From assembly GCA_031292755.1 (NCBI GenBank), contig JARLGM010000008.1, forward strand, positions 21,602 to 85,601: a stretch of DNA of 64,000 nucleotides, read 5' to 3'. Below, piece after piece: positions 41,288 through 49,917 of this stretch. The translations under genes were made by a program, and so were the position numbers. Numbering within the stretch: position 1 is the first letter of the stretch; each line of letters opens with the position of its first letter. The stretch comes from Candidatus Sulfopaludibacter sp. (lineage in GTDB: Bacteria; Acidobacteriota; Terriglobia; Bryobacterales; Bryobacteraceae). The notes below the pieces were generated by a model. It worked only from the letters and a program-made list of their open reading frames with translations, was not told the origin of the DNA and did not search any database.

Positions 41288-43795
41288 CTACTCGTAACGC
41301 AGGGCCTCCAGCGGGTCGACCGTGGCGGCCCGGCGCGCCGGGATGTAGCAGGCGGCGGTTCCCACTGCCGCCAGCAGGGCGGATGCCAGGGCCATGACAC
41401 CGGCTCCGTATTCGCCGATTCCATACAGCGTGGCGCCGAGCATTTTGCCGATACCGAGTGAGAGGGGCAAGCCGATGGCGAGTCCGATGGCCGTGAGCAG
41501 CAAACCTTCGCGCAGGACCATGCGCAGCGCCTCGGCCGGGCGCGCTCCCAGGGCCATGCGAATGCCAATCTCGCGGGTACGCAAGGCGACGCTGTAGGAA
41601 CGGACGCCATACAACCCGATCATGGCCAGTAGAAGGGCCACCGCGCCGAAGATGGTGAACATGCGTGCGCCCGTGCGGACAATCCAGTAATCGAAGCTGC
41701 CCTCCAGGTGCTCCCGCATGGTACCGAATTTGAGGATTGGAAGGTGCGCGTCCTCGGCCTGCACGGCGCCGCGCAGGGTTTGGATCAACGCGGCTTCGGC
41801 CCGCGGTCCCAAAGCGGCGGTCCTTACGTGGATGTGGGTATCGGCCAGGTATTCCTGTCCGAACGGCACATAGACCTGAGGCTGGTGATCTTCTCCGATA
41901 AAATGCAGTCGCACGCCAGCCGCCACCCCGACCACCTCGGCATCCTGCATGGCTGCGTCTCCGCCGGTGCTGGAGCCGGTGTTGAATTGGAGATGGCGGC
42001 CCACCGGATCCTGACCGGGCCACAGTCGCGACGCCGCAAGCTGATCGAGGATTACCACGCGCGCCCCGCCGCCCGCGTCCGCACCGGTGAAGGCGCGGCC
42101 CCGGAGTAGCGGGATTTCCAGGGTGCGGAAGTAATCCGGGCCCACCAGGTTGAATGCCGCATCCACCGCCTTGGCGTCGCGGGTCGCGTGGAGAGCGCGG
42201 CTCATGTGGATGATGCCGAACGGAATCGTGGCGCCCAGACTCGCCGATTGCACGCCGGGCACGGCGCGCAAGCGCTCTACCAGGGCGGGATAAATCTGGC
42301 GGCCGTGCGTTTCGTTGTAGCCCGCCAGGCTGGCATCGGTCTCGAATACCAGTTCATCGGCAATCCGGAAGCCGGGGTTCATCTGCGCGGCGCTGACCGA
42401 ACTGCGGAGGAACAAGCCGGCGGCGGTGAGCAGAGTCAGGGATAGCGAAACCTGGCAGATCGCCAGCACGTTGCGACGCGAAAAGACACGGCGCGGCCGG
42501 CCTCCAGCCGTCTCTTCGCGCTCGCTCGATTTCAACGCGGCCACCAGGTTCGGCCGCGAGAGGTTCCAGGCGGGCATCAGGCTGAACAGCACGGTGCTGC
42601 CCACGCAAAACGCGAAGGTGGCGGCGAGCACCCGAACGTCCGGCCCCGCCGTGTATGCCAGGTCGAAAGGCGCCATGCGCGACAAGGAACGCACCAGCAG
42701 GAGCGTGCTCCAGTAAGCCACCAGCAGACCGCAGCCGCCGCCCAGCAGCGCGAGCAGCAAGCCCTCGGTAAACAGTTGCCGCACGATGTTGCCGCGGCCG
42801 CCCCCCAGTGCCAGCCGAATGGCAATCTCTTTGCGGCGCGCGCTGGACCGCGCCAGCATCATGTTGGCGACGTTCAACGACGCAATCAGCAGAATCACCC
42901 CGGATGCGGCCAGCAGCAGCGAGATGCTGGTCACAACCCCACTGTCGTTTGCCGGCGCATCGCTCACGCCGGTGCGGGAGAGGCGATGCACGAAAAACGT
43001 CTGATCGCGATTGTCCGCGGGCCAGGCCTGTGCCAGTCCGGCGGCGACGGTTTGCAATTGCCGGTCCGCCGCGGGCGGCGTAACGCCGGAACGCAGGCGG
43101 CCCACCACGATCAGACAGTGATTGTCGCGGGCGCTGAGAGGCCGGCCGTGACCTTCGAAATCGTTGACCGCGGCCTCGTACATTCCGAGCGGCAGGTAGA
43201 TTTCCGAACTGATCAGAGCCGTGGTCCCGGTGAACCCTTCGGGCGCGATTCCCACCACCTGGTAGTCGCGGCCATTCACGCGCACGGACTTCGCCAGCAT
43301 GTCCGGATCGGCGCCCGATCTTTTCCAAAACGAGTAGCTCACGATGGCCACGGGGATTTGACTCGACGGCCGCTCCTCGGCGCCGGTAAAGGACCGGCCG
43401 CGGAACAGCGGAACGCCGAGAGTCTCGAAATAGTTCGAGGACACCAGGTCGGCAAATGCGCGCCGGGTCTGGCGCCCCTCGGTGATGCCCACCAGCGCCA
43501 TGTTGTGAGCCAAGAGACTGGAGAAGGCGGCGTTCTGCTGCCGGAGGTCGGCGTAATTCGGGTAAGAAAACGCGCGGTAGGTGTCCGGTTTCCGGCTGTC
43601 GCGGCTGAAGACTCCCACGATCTGCTCCGGGTTGCGCATCACCAGCGGCTTCAGAAAAAGTGCATTCACCAGGCTGAAAATGGCGGTGTTGGCGCCGATC
43701 CCCAGCGCCAGAACGGCCGCCGCGGCGACCAGGAAACCAGGGCGCTTGCCGAGCGTACGCAAGGCGTATCGCAAATCGAACAGCAGGTCGGTCAT
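41288..43795 (-). CDS. ADOP-family duplicated MacB/FtsX-like orphan permease (TIGR03434-like), second copy
   Basis: 835 aa. N-terminus MTDLLFDLRYALRTLGKRPGFLVAAAAVLALGIGANTAIFSLVNALFLKPL, C-terminus VDPLEALRYE. No adjacent ATPase. Confidence 0.9.
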   Translation of the reverse strand: MTDLLFDLRYALRTLGKRPGFLVAAAAVLALGIGANTAIFSLVNALFLKPLVMRNPEQIVGVFSRDSRKPDTYRAFSYPNYADLRQQNAAFSSLLAHNMALVGITEGRQTRRAFADLVSSNYFETLGVPLFRGRSFTGAEERPSSQIPVAIVSYSFWKRSGADPDMLAKSVRVNGRDYQVVGIAPEGFTGTTALISSEIYLPLGMYEAAVNDFEGHGRPLSARDNHCLIVVGRLRSGVTPPAADRQLQTVAAGLAQAWPADNRDQTFFVHRLSRTGVSDAPANDSGVVTSISLLLAASGVILLIASLNVANMMLARSSARRKEIAIRLALGGGRGNIVRQLFTEGLLLALLGGGCGLLVAYWSTLLLVRSLSRMAPFDLAYTAGPDVRVLAATFAFCVGSTVLFSLMPAWNLSRPNLVAALKSSEREETAGGRPRRVFSRRNVLAICQVSLSLTLLTAAGLFLRSSVSAAQMNPGFRIADELVFETDASLAGYNETHGRQIYPALVERLRAVPGVQSASLGATIPFGIIHMSRALHATRDAKAVDAAFNLVGPDYFRTLEIPLLRGRAFTGADAGGGARVVILDQLAASRLWPGQDPVGRHLQFNTGSSTGGDAAMQDAEVVGVAAGVRLHFIGEDHQPQVYVPFGQEYLADTHIHVRTAALGPRAEAALIQTLRGAVQAEDAHLPILKFGTMREHLEGSFDYWIVRTGARMFTIFGAVALLLAMIGLYGVRSYSVALRTREIGIRMALGARPAEALRMVLREGLLLTAIGLAIGLPLSLGIGKMLGATLYGIGEYGAGVMALASALLAAVGTAACYIPARRAATVDPLEALRYE

Positions 43796-43881
43796 AACAC
43801 TAACCGCATACGCCGGATGCGCGGAAAAGTTCCGTTTCGAATGATTGCAAACGCCGAGCCGTGCGTGCTACACCAAAGCGT

Positions 43882-44082
43882 ATGGACAAGACCATCCGCA
43901 AGTACAACAGTTTCGAGGAAATGAAGGCGGATGAGTATCGCTATTGGCAGAGTCGTCCGGCCTATGAACGGATGGACGCGGTCGCCGAATTGACCCTGGC
44001 GGCTTACCAGCTGAAAGGCATGGCCCCGGATGCACTCAGACTTCAAAGAACTCTTGTCCATCTTCAACGCCCGCGGAGTTAA
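43882..44082 (+). CDS. Small hypothetical protein (first gene of a two-gene cassette)
   Basis: 66 aa from ATG 43882 (MDKTIRKYNSFEEMKADEYRYWQSRPAYERMDAVAELT...). It overlaps the next ORF by 53 nt. Confidence 0.5.
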   Translation: MDKTIRKYNSFEEMKADEYRYWQSRPAYERMDAVAELTLAAYQLKGMAPDALRLQRTLVHLQRPRS

Positions 44083-44453
44083 ATACCTGATCTTGGGCGG
44101 CTATGCGGTCTCGTTCCATGCCCAGCCCCGGGCGACGAAGGATCTCGATCTCTTTGTAAGACGAGATGCCGCGAACGCTCATGCGATTTACCAGGCGCTG
44201 GCTGCGTTCGGTGCGCCGCTGGCGGGATTAGCACCCGAGGATTTTCTTGACCCGGACGGATTCTTCCGCCGAGTTTGACGCCGCTTGGGAGAGGCGCGTG
44301 GAAACCACGATCGACCCGCGCACCGGGCTGACTGCATTCATGATTTCGCGCGAGGACTTGATCGTGGCGAAACTGGCAGCCGCAAGGCCGCAGGATCTTG
44401 CCGACGTTGACGCGATACGTAAGGCGGAACGGACTCAAGAAACTGAGTTCTGA
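44030..44453 (+). pseudogene. Nucleotidyltransferase-fold-like gene disrupted by an internal out-of-frame deletion
   Basis: ORF 44030..44278 (LLSIFNARGVKYLILGGYAVSFHAQPRATKDLDLFV...FLDPDGFFRRV*) stops early. The expected continuation (..EFDAAWERRVETTIDPRTGLTAFMISREDLIVAKLAAARPQDLADVDAI) is in a different frame (ORF 44247..44453). Confidence 0.6.
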
Positions 44454-44462
44454 TTGCCTCCC

Positions 44463-47400
44463 CTACGAGAGCAGCAGTTCCAGGTCTTCCTTCTTGAGAT
44501 CGCGGATGAGGCTGTTGTCTTCGCCCAGGATTGCGTCGGCGAGTTCGCGCTTGGTCTTCTGTAATTCCAGTACCTTCTCTTCGACGGTGTCGCGCGCGAT
44601 CAGGCGATAGGCGAAGACGGGCCTGGTCTGGCCGATCCGATGCGCGCGATCGACGGCCTGTGCTTCCACCGCGGGGTTCCACCACGGATCCAGCAGGAAC
44701 ACGTATTCGGCCGCGGTCAGGTTCAGACCCAGACCGCCGGCTTTGAGACTGATCAGGAACAGGGTGCAGTCGGGATCGTTCTGAAAAGCCTCGACACGTG
44801 CCTGGCGGTCGCGCGTGGCGCCGTCGAGATATTCGTAGCGCACGCCGGCTTCATCCAGGCGGCGGCGCACGATGGCCAGCAGGCTGGTGAACTGCGAAAA
44901 CACCAGCGCCTTGTGGCCCTCCTGGCGCAGCTCGTCGAGTTGATTGAGCAGCGTTTCCAACTTGGCGCTGGGTTCATCCACCTGTTTCGCATCGAGCAGG
45001 CCGGGGTGGCAGGCCGCCTGCCGCAGGCGCAACAGCGCTTCCAGCACGTGCATCTTGCTCTTGGCGAGGCCCTGCGTCCGCACCCGGTGCAGCAGGGTAT
45101 CGCGATAGTGCGCGCGGAGTTCGTCGTAGTGGCGGCGTTGCGGGCCTTCGAGTTCGCAGTAGATGGTCTGCTCGGTTTTGGACGGCAGTTCGCGAGCCAC
45201 CTGCTGTTTGGTGCGGCGGAGTATGAAGGGCCGCAAGGCGTGGGCCAGGAGCTGGCGCGCTTCCGGGCTGGGATTACGGCCGAGGCCGCCGGCCATCTTG
45301 AGCACTTTGGCCTCGCCCAACATGCCGGGGTTCAGGAATTCGAAGAGGCTCCACAATTCGCCCAGGTGGTTTTCGACCGGCGTGCCGCTGAGCGCCAGGC
45401 GATGCGCGCCGCGCAGCAGGCGGACGGCCTTGGCGGAGGCTGTGGAAGCGTTCTTGACGGCCTGTGCTTCATCCAGCACCACGTAATCGAACTGGATTTC
45501 GGACAGACTGGCGGCGTCGCGCAGGAGTGTTCCATAGGTGGTGAGCACCAGGTCGTGCTCGCAGATCTGGGCCAGATCGCGCGCCGTACCGGTATGTTCC
45601 AACACGCGCAACTGCGGCGTGAAGCGGGCGGATTCCTCACGCCAGTTGAACATCAGGGATTTGGGAGCCACTACCAGCGAGGGTCCATGCTCGCCCCGCC
45701 GGCTTTCCACGACGGCCAGCACCTGGGCGGTCTTGCCGACGCCCATATCGTCGGCCAGGCACCCGCCGAACCCGAACTCGCGCAGAAACTCCATCCAGCC
45801 CAGCCCTTCGCGCTGATAGTCGCGGAGCTGACCGTGGAAACCGTCCGGCTGCGGAACCGCTTTCACGCCGTGGAATCCGGTCACGCGTTCGCGCATGCGC
45901 TGGAACAACTCATCGACATGGACTTCGGGCTGTGCCGCAAGAAGCGCATCCAGGAGTCCCGCCTGGTTCTGGCGGAAGCGCAGATGATCCTTCTCCGCTG
46001 AGCCCAGACCGGCGAGCGGTGCGAAGCGCGCCAGCCACTCTTCCGGCAGCAGACCGAAGCTGCCGTCGCCCAGCGGCACCATGGTGTCGCCGCGCCTCAG
46101 GGCGGCCAGCAGTTGCGGCAAGGTGGCCTTGGCTCCGCCGTAATCCACTTCGGCATGGAGTTCGAACCAGTCGATGCCGCTGCGCACGTCTACGTGAGCT
46201 TCGCCGGGACGGCGGAAGGCCTTGCCTTCGGCCTCGACATGCCAGCCGCTATGAATCAGCTCGCGAACGCAGCGCGGCATGACCTTTGTAGCCAGACGCC
46301 AGGCGCCTTCCGTGCCGGGCTTCAGTCCGGCTTCCTTCAGTACTTCCCGGGCGGCGGCCTCCGCGGCGGGGTCGCGGACCACGTACAGTCGCTCCTCGGG
46401 AACCCAGATGCCGCCGCCGCCTTTATCCAGCATCCACCCGCGGCCGTAATCCAGCAGCAGCCGGGCCTCAAAATAATCGCCGCTCCAATCCCGCTTGTTC
46501 ACGATTCGCAATCCCAACCTGGGCGGCTGGCGGCGCTCTTCGAATCGCAGAGGCTCGTCCATTTCCATGGGGGGAATGCGCGGACAATCCAGGAGACTGG
46601 CCAACACGGTGTCGCGGTCGCGATCGGGGAAAGGGATTCGCTTGAGCTTACGAAGCTGGTCTACCCAGGCATACGCGCCCGCCGCGTCGAAGCGCGCCAC
46701 GGCATGCTCCGTCACCAGAAATCCGCTTTCCAGCAACAGCAGCGGTTCGGTTAGCGGCATGCTCTGGCTGCCGCGCCGGAGCGAGCCGGTGATATTCCAC
46801 TGGTCGCGATCGTCCTGGCGAACTTCCAGCCACAACTTCCAGGGGTCGCCATCGTCCCAGACGGCCTCGACAAGACTGTTCGCTCCGGACTCGGGGAGCA
46901 CCATCAGGCGCCCTGCCGCCGACACCATGGGGATCAGTTTCGCAGCCAGCAGGTACGGCAAGGCCTTGCGCGGCACGGTCGACAGCGAAGAACCGTATCG
47001 CGAATTGTAGGTATAGGAAAACGAATAGGTATCGGCGCCGCCGAACATGAGGCTGACGATTTCGGCATCCAGCGGGTCGGGTAGTGAATCGATTTGCGCC
47101 GGCGCCACGCGGAATTCTTTATATTGGGTAAGGTCGCCGTTCTTCTTCCGGGAGCGCGAGAACAACTCCACCACGATGGCGCCGGCGGTTTTCGACGCAG
47201 GCACATCGACCGCATACACAATCTCCAGACCCAGCGGCCACGAATGCGGTTCCCGATGTGACTCTTCCAGACCGCGCCGGACGGCCGACAGATGGTCCTG
47301 CCAGGGCGGAGGCTGCGGCGGCGGAGGGACGGGCAGGGCGCGCCGCCCGAAGTCATAGATGGGCCGCACGTCGAGCGGGGCGGCGCCGTCCTGCGCCAGT

Positions 47401-47720
47401 TTCAGAGACCGTTCGGCAGAGGCGGCGGACAACGCCCCCTCCCGGTCCGCCTGCAGGATGACCGCCCAGACGTGCAGGCAACTCTGGTATCCGCGGAACT
47501 GGGGACAGGTACAGTGGACGCCCAGGCGGCCGTGGTCGGAGAGGGCCAGTTTGACTTCATAGAGGCGTCCGTCGGCGACGTTGCCCTGGGCGTGGTCGTC
47601 GCTTTTGCCGGTGAGCCGCACAGAGCGCGCATCGAACAGCCTCTGACCGCGGTATTGCGTTGTGCGGTCGAATTGAAATGCAAGTTTCGAGACAAGCCCC
47701 ATTTTGTGTGGACTATCCAT
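44463..47720 (-). CDS. SNF2-family helicase/ATPase with an N-terminal SWIM zinc finger
   Basis: SWIM CxCx9CxH (CTCPQFRGYQSCLH, about 47472-47513). SNF2 motifs LADDMGVGKTAQ, VLDEAQAVKN, HKALVFSQFTS, GGLGLNLTAA and QAVDRAHRIGQ. ATG 47720 is chosen so as not to overlap the divergent sigma gene. Confidence 0.9.
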   Translation of the reverse strand: MDSPHKMGLVSKLAFQFDRTTQYRGQRLFDARSVRLTGKSDDHAQGNVADGRLYEVKLALSDHGRLGVHCTCPQFRGYQSCLHVWAVILQADREGALSAASAERSLKLAQDGAAPLDVRPIYDFGRRALPVPPPPQPPPWQDHLSAVRRGLEESHREPHSWPLGLEIVYAVDVPASKTAGAIVVELFSRSRKKNGDLTQYKEFRVAPAQIDSLPDPLDAEIVSLMFGGADTYSFSYTYNSRYGSSLSTVPRKALPYLLAAKLIPMVSAAGRLMVLPESGANSLVEAVWDDGDPWKLWLEVRQDDRDQWNITGSLRRGSQSMPLTEPLLLLESGFLVTEHAVARFDAAGAYAWVDQLRKLKRIPFPDRDRDTVLASLLDCPRIPPMEMDEPLRFEERRQPPRLGLRIVNKRDWSGDYFEARLLLDYGRGWMLDKGGGGIWVPEERLYVVRDPAAEAAAREVLKEAGLKPGTEGAWRLATKVMPRCVRELIHSGWHVEAEGKAFRRPGEAHVDVRSGIDWFELHAEVDYGGAKATLPQLLAALRRGDTMVPLGDGSFGLLPEEWLARFAPLAGLGSAEKDHLRFRQNQAGLLDALLAAQPEVHVDELFQRMRERVTGFHGVKAVPQPDGFHGQLRDYQREGLGWMEFLREFGFGGCLADDMGVGKTAQVLAVVESRRGEHGPSLVVAPKSLMFNWREESARFTPQLRVLEHTGTARDLAQICEHDLVLTTYGTLLRDAASLSEIQFDYVVLDEAQAVKNASTASAKAVRLLRGAHRLALSGTPVENHLGELWSLFEFLNPGMLGEAKVLKMAGGLGRNPSPEARQLLAHALRPFILRRTKQQVARELPSKTEQTIYCELEGPQRRHYDELRAHYRDTLLHRVRTQGLAKSKMHVLEALLRLRQAACHPGLLDAKQVDEPSAKLETLLNQLDELRQEGHKALVFSQFTSLLAIVRRRLDEAGVRYEYLDGATRDRQARVEAFQNDPDCTLFLISLKAGGLGLNLTAAEYVFLLDPWWNPAVEAQAVDRAHRIGQTRPVFAYRLIARDTVEEKVLELQKTKRELADAILGEDNSLIRDLKKEDLELLLS

Positions 47721-47773
47721 TGTAACGGCTGGGCGCCGGATTCGAGAAGAATGCTGAATGTCTGCACTCGCGT

Positions 47774-47779
47774 TACCAT
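47774..47779 (+). promoter_or_regulatory. -10-like hexamer TACCAT, 8 nt upstream of ATG 47788
   Basis: Read directly. The spacer cgcgatat has no SD. Confidence 0.3.
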
Positions 47780-47787
47780 CGCGATAT

Positions 47788-48360
47788 ATGGCCGCTGAAC
47801 CGTCGGTTACCATCCTGCTCCAGGCCTGGAGGGATGGCGACCGCACCGCACTGGATCGCGTGGTGCCGCTGGTATATGCGGAACTGCGCCGGATTGCGGC
47901 CGCTTATCTGCAACGCGAAGCTGACGGTCACACGCTGGAACCGACAGCCCTGGTACACGAGGCGTATATCCGGATGGCGGCGGACAGCGACCCGAATTTC
48001 GAAAATCGCGCGCATTTCCTGGGCGTGGCGGCGCGCGTGATGCGCCACATCCTGGTGGATCACGCGCGACGCCGGCTCGCCAACAAGCGCAGCGGCGGGT
48101 CCCGGGTGCCGCTGCGCGATGACTTGCCATTCACCGAACCGCGGGCCGCGCTGCTGGTCTCTTTGGACGAGGCGTTGCTCGATCTGGAACGTCAGGACCC
48201 GGAGAAGGCCAAGATCATCGAGCTGAAATTCTTCGGCGGCATGACCGCGGAGGACAGCGCCATATGGCTGGGCGTTTCGGTGCACAAGGTCAACCGGCAG
48301 ATGCGGCTGGCGCAAGCCTGGCTGCGGCGGCAGTTGCACGATGCGGAGGCGCTGGGGTAG
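47788..48360 (+). CDS. ECF sigma factor of the TIGR02999-like family (no adjacent kinase or anti-sigma)
   Basis: N-terminus MAAEPSVTILLQAWRDGDRTALDRVVPLVYAELRRIAAAYLQREADGHTLEPTALVHEAYIRM is the hallmark of this family. ATG 47758 is an alternative in-frame start. Confidence 0.85.
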   Translation: MAAEPSVTILLQAWRDGDRTALDRVVPLVYAELRRIAAAYLQREADGHTLEPTALVHEAYIRMAADSDPNFENRAHFLGVAARVMRHILVDHARRRLANKRSGGSRVPLRDDLPFTEPRAALLVSLDEALLDLERQDPEKAKIIELKFFGGMTAEDSAIWLGVSVHKVNRQMRLAQAWLRRQLHDAEALG

Positions 48361-48371
48361 GGCGGCAGGTT

Positions 48372-49118
48372 TCAATCCGTCCGCGTCAGCCAGTGCATGA
48401 TATTCAGCATCAACTGCCGGTTGTCCGGCCGCCGGCCGCCGGCCCCCGCCAGTTGCGCCGTCAGCACCACCACCCTGCCCCGCCCGAATTCGAAAGCCAC
48501 GCCTTGGGACTGCAAAAATGCTACGCTGCCCGGCGGTCCAGTCACTTTGCTGCCGCCAAAGCTCATCGCATAGGTGACGTCTTCACCCATCGGGCCGGCC
48601 ACATCGAAACGCTCCGGCCCGGCAGGCGTGTCCATCAACCTTGTGCCGAACGCACTCGCCATCCGCTGCGACGCTTCCCCGGCCGGGGGCCGGTCGGCAA
48701 TCAGCAGCAGCGCGCCGCCCCGGTTCACCCAATCGCTCACCGCCGCCACTTCCTCCGGCGAAAACGCTTCCGGGTGCGCGTGCAAACCCTGCGGCAGCAA
48801 CGCGCCCTTCCACCCCATGGCATCCGCCACTACCAGCACCCACGTGCCGCGAAACAACTCCGGCACGAACTCCTGCCGGTTGCGCGATACCTGGTAGCCG
48901 TCAAACGCAAGCAATTGCATCAGGCCGTCGAGCCGCGGGTCGGCGCCCGGCCGGTTCCAGTGGCCGCGGTCCACCAGCACTGCCGGACCGTGCCGGTAGG
49001 TCGAATGGTGGATCCGGCTCGCGGAGCTGTACACCGCGTTGCTCTGCGGCCACACTGCCCACACCACCCCCACAATCGCCACCGCCACGCCTGCCTGGAA
49101 CATTCGGTCCAGATTCAT
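48372..49118 (-). CDS. Membrane-anchored hypothetical protein, possibly of the GldG/DUF4350-like ABC-auxiliary fold
   Basis: An N-terminal anchor (AGVAVAIVGVVWAVW) precedes the pattern GHWNR...LLAFDGYQV...WVLVVAD...FSPEEVAAVSDWVNRGGALLLIAD...ASAFG. TTG 49124 is an alternative start. The fold assignment is inference. Confidence 0.6.
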   Translation of the reverse strand: MNLDRMFQAGVAVAIVGVVWAVWPQSNAVYSSASRIHHSTYRHGPAVLVDRGHWNRPGADPRLDGLMQLLAFDGYQVSRNRQEFVPELFRGTWVLVVADAMGWKGALLPQGLHAHPEAFSPEEVAAVSDWVNRGGALLLIADRPPAGEASQRMASAFGTRLMDTPAGPERFDVAGPMGEDVTYAMSFGGSKVTGPPGSVAFLQSQGVAFEFGRGRVVVLTAQLAGAGGRRPDNRQLMLNIMHWLTRTD

Positions 49119-49138
49119 AGTCAAAGGTCTTTGGGGGG

Positions 49139-49144
49139 TATACT
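49139..49144 (+). promoter_or_regulatory. -10-like hexamer TATACT, 8 nt upstream of ATG 49153
   Basis: Read directly. The spacer agcacgcc has no SD. It shares the string GTATACTAGC with the 38298-38307 site. Confidence 0.35.
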
Positions 49145-49152
49145 AGCACGCC

Positions 49153-49917
49153 ATGCTGGAAGTTCGGAATCTGGTGAAGCGGTATAACCGGGTGCGCGTA
49201 GTGGACGATGTCAGCTTCGTGATCCGCCCCGGGGAAATTCTTGGCTACCTCGGCCCCAACGGCGCCGGCAAAAGCACCACCGTCAAAGTGCTCACCGGCC
49301 TCATCGAACCGACCGACGGCGAAATCCTCTTCAACGGCGTCGACGTCCGGAAAGACTTCGTCGCGTTCCAGCGCCGCCTCGGCTATGTGCCCGAAGAAGC
49401 GCATCTCTATCCCCACCTGACCGGCCGCGAATACCTGCAACTGATCGGCCGCCTGCGCAGTCTGCCGCGCCGTGTGCTGGAGCCGCGCATGGACGAATTG
49501 CTGCGCATTTTCGGACTGTGGGAGGATCGCCACTCGCCGCTCTCGTCCTATTCCAAAGGCATGCGCCAGAAAATTCTGCTCTCCGGCGCTCTGATTCACA
49601 ATCCCGAGCTGATGATCTTCGACGAGCCGTTTTCCGGCCTCGACGTCACCACCGCCCTGGTACTGCGTACGCTGCTTCACGAACTGGCGTCCCAGGGCAA
49701 GATCATCTTTTACAGCTCGCACGTGCTGGAAGTGGTGGAGAAGGTCTGCCATCGCGTGCTGATTCTGCGCAAGGGCAAAGTAGTGGCGCACGACGCCGTG
49801 GAGCGTCTGCGCGACCTGATGCACCAGCCGTCGCTGGAGGGCATCTTCGCGCAACTTACCGAACAGGAGGATCCCGCCGGCAAGGTCCACGGGATTCTGG
49901 CGGCCATCCAGTCATGA
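49153..49917 (+). CDS. ABC transporter ATP-binding protein (ABC-2 type)
   Basis: Walker A GPNGAGKSTT, signature-like YSKGMRQK, Walker B LMIFDEPFSGLD, H-loop SSHVL. Confidence 0.9.
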   Translation: MLEVRNLVKRYNRVRVVDDVSFVIRPGEILGYLGPNGAGKSTTVKVLTGLIEPTDGEILFNGVDVRKDFVAFQRRLGYVPEEAHLYPHLTGREYLQLIGRLRSLPRRVLEPRMDELLRIFGLWEDRHSPLSSYSKGMRQKILLSGALIHNPELMIFDEPFSGLDVTTALVLRTLLHELASQGKIIFYSSHVLEVVEKVCHRVLILRKGKVVAHDAVERLRDLMHQPSLEGIFAQLTEQEDPAGKVHGILAAIQS

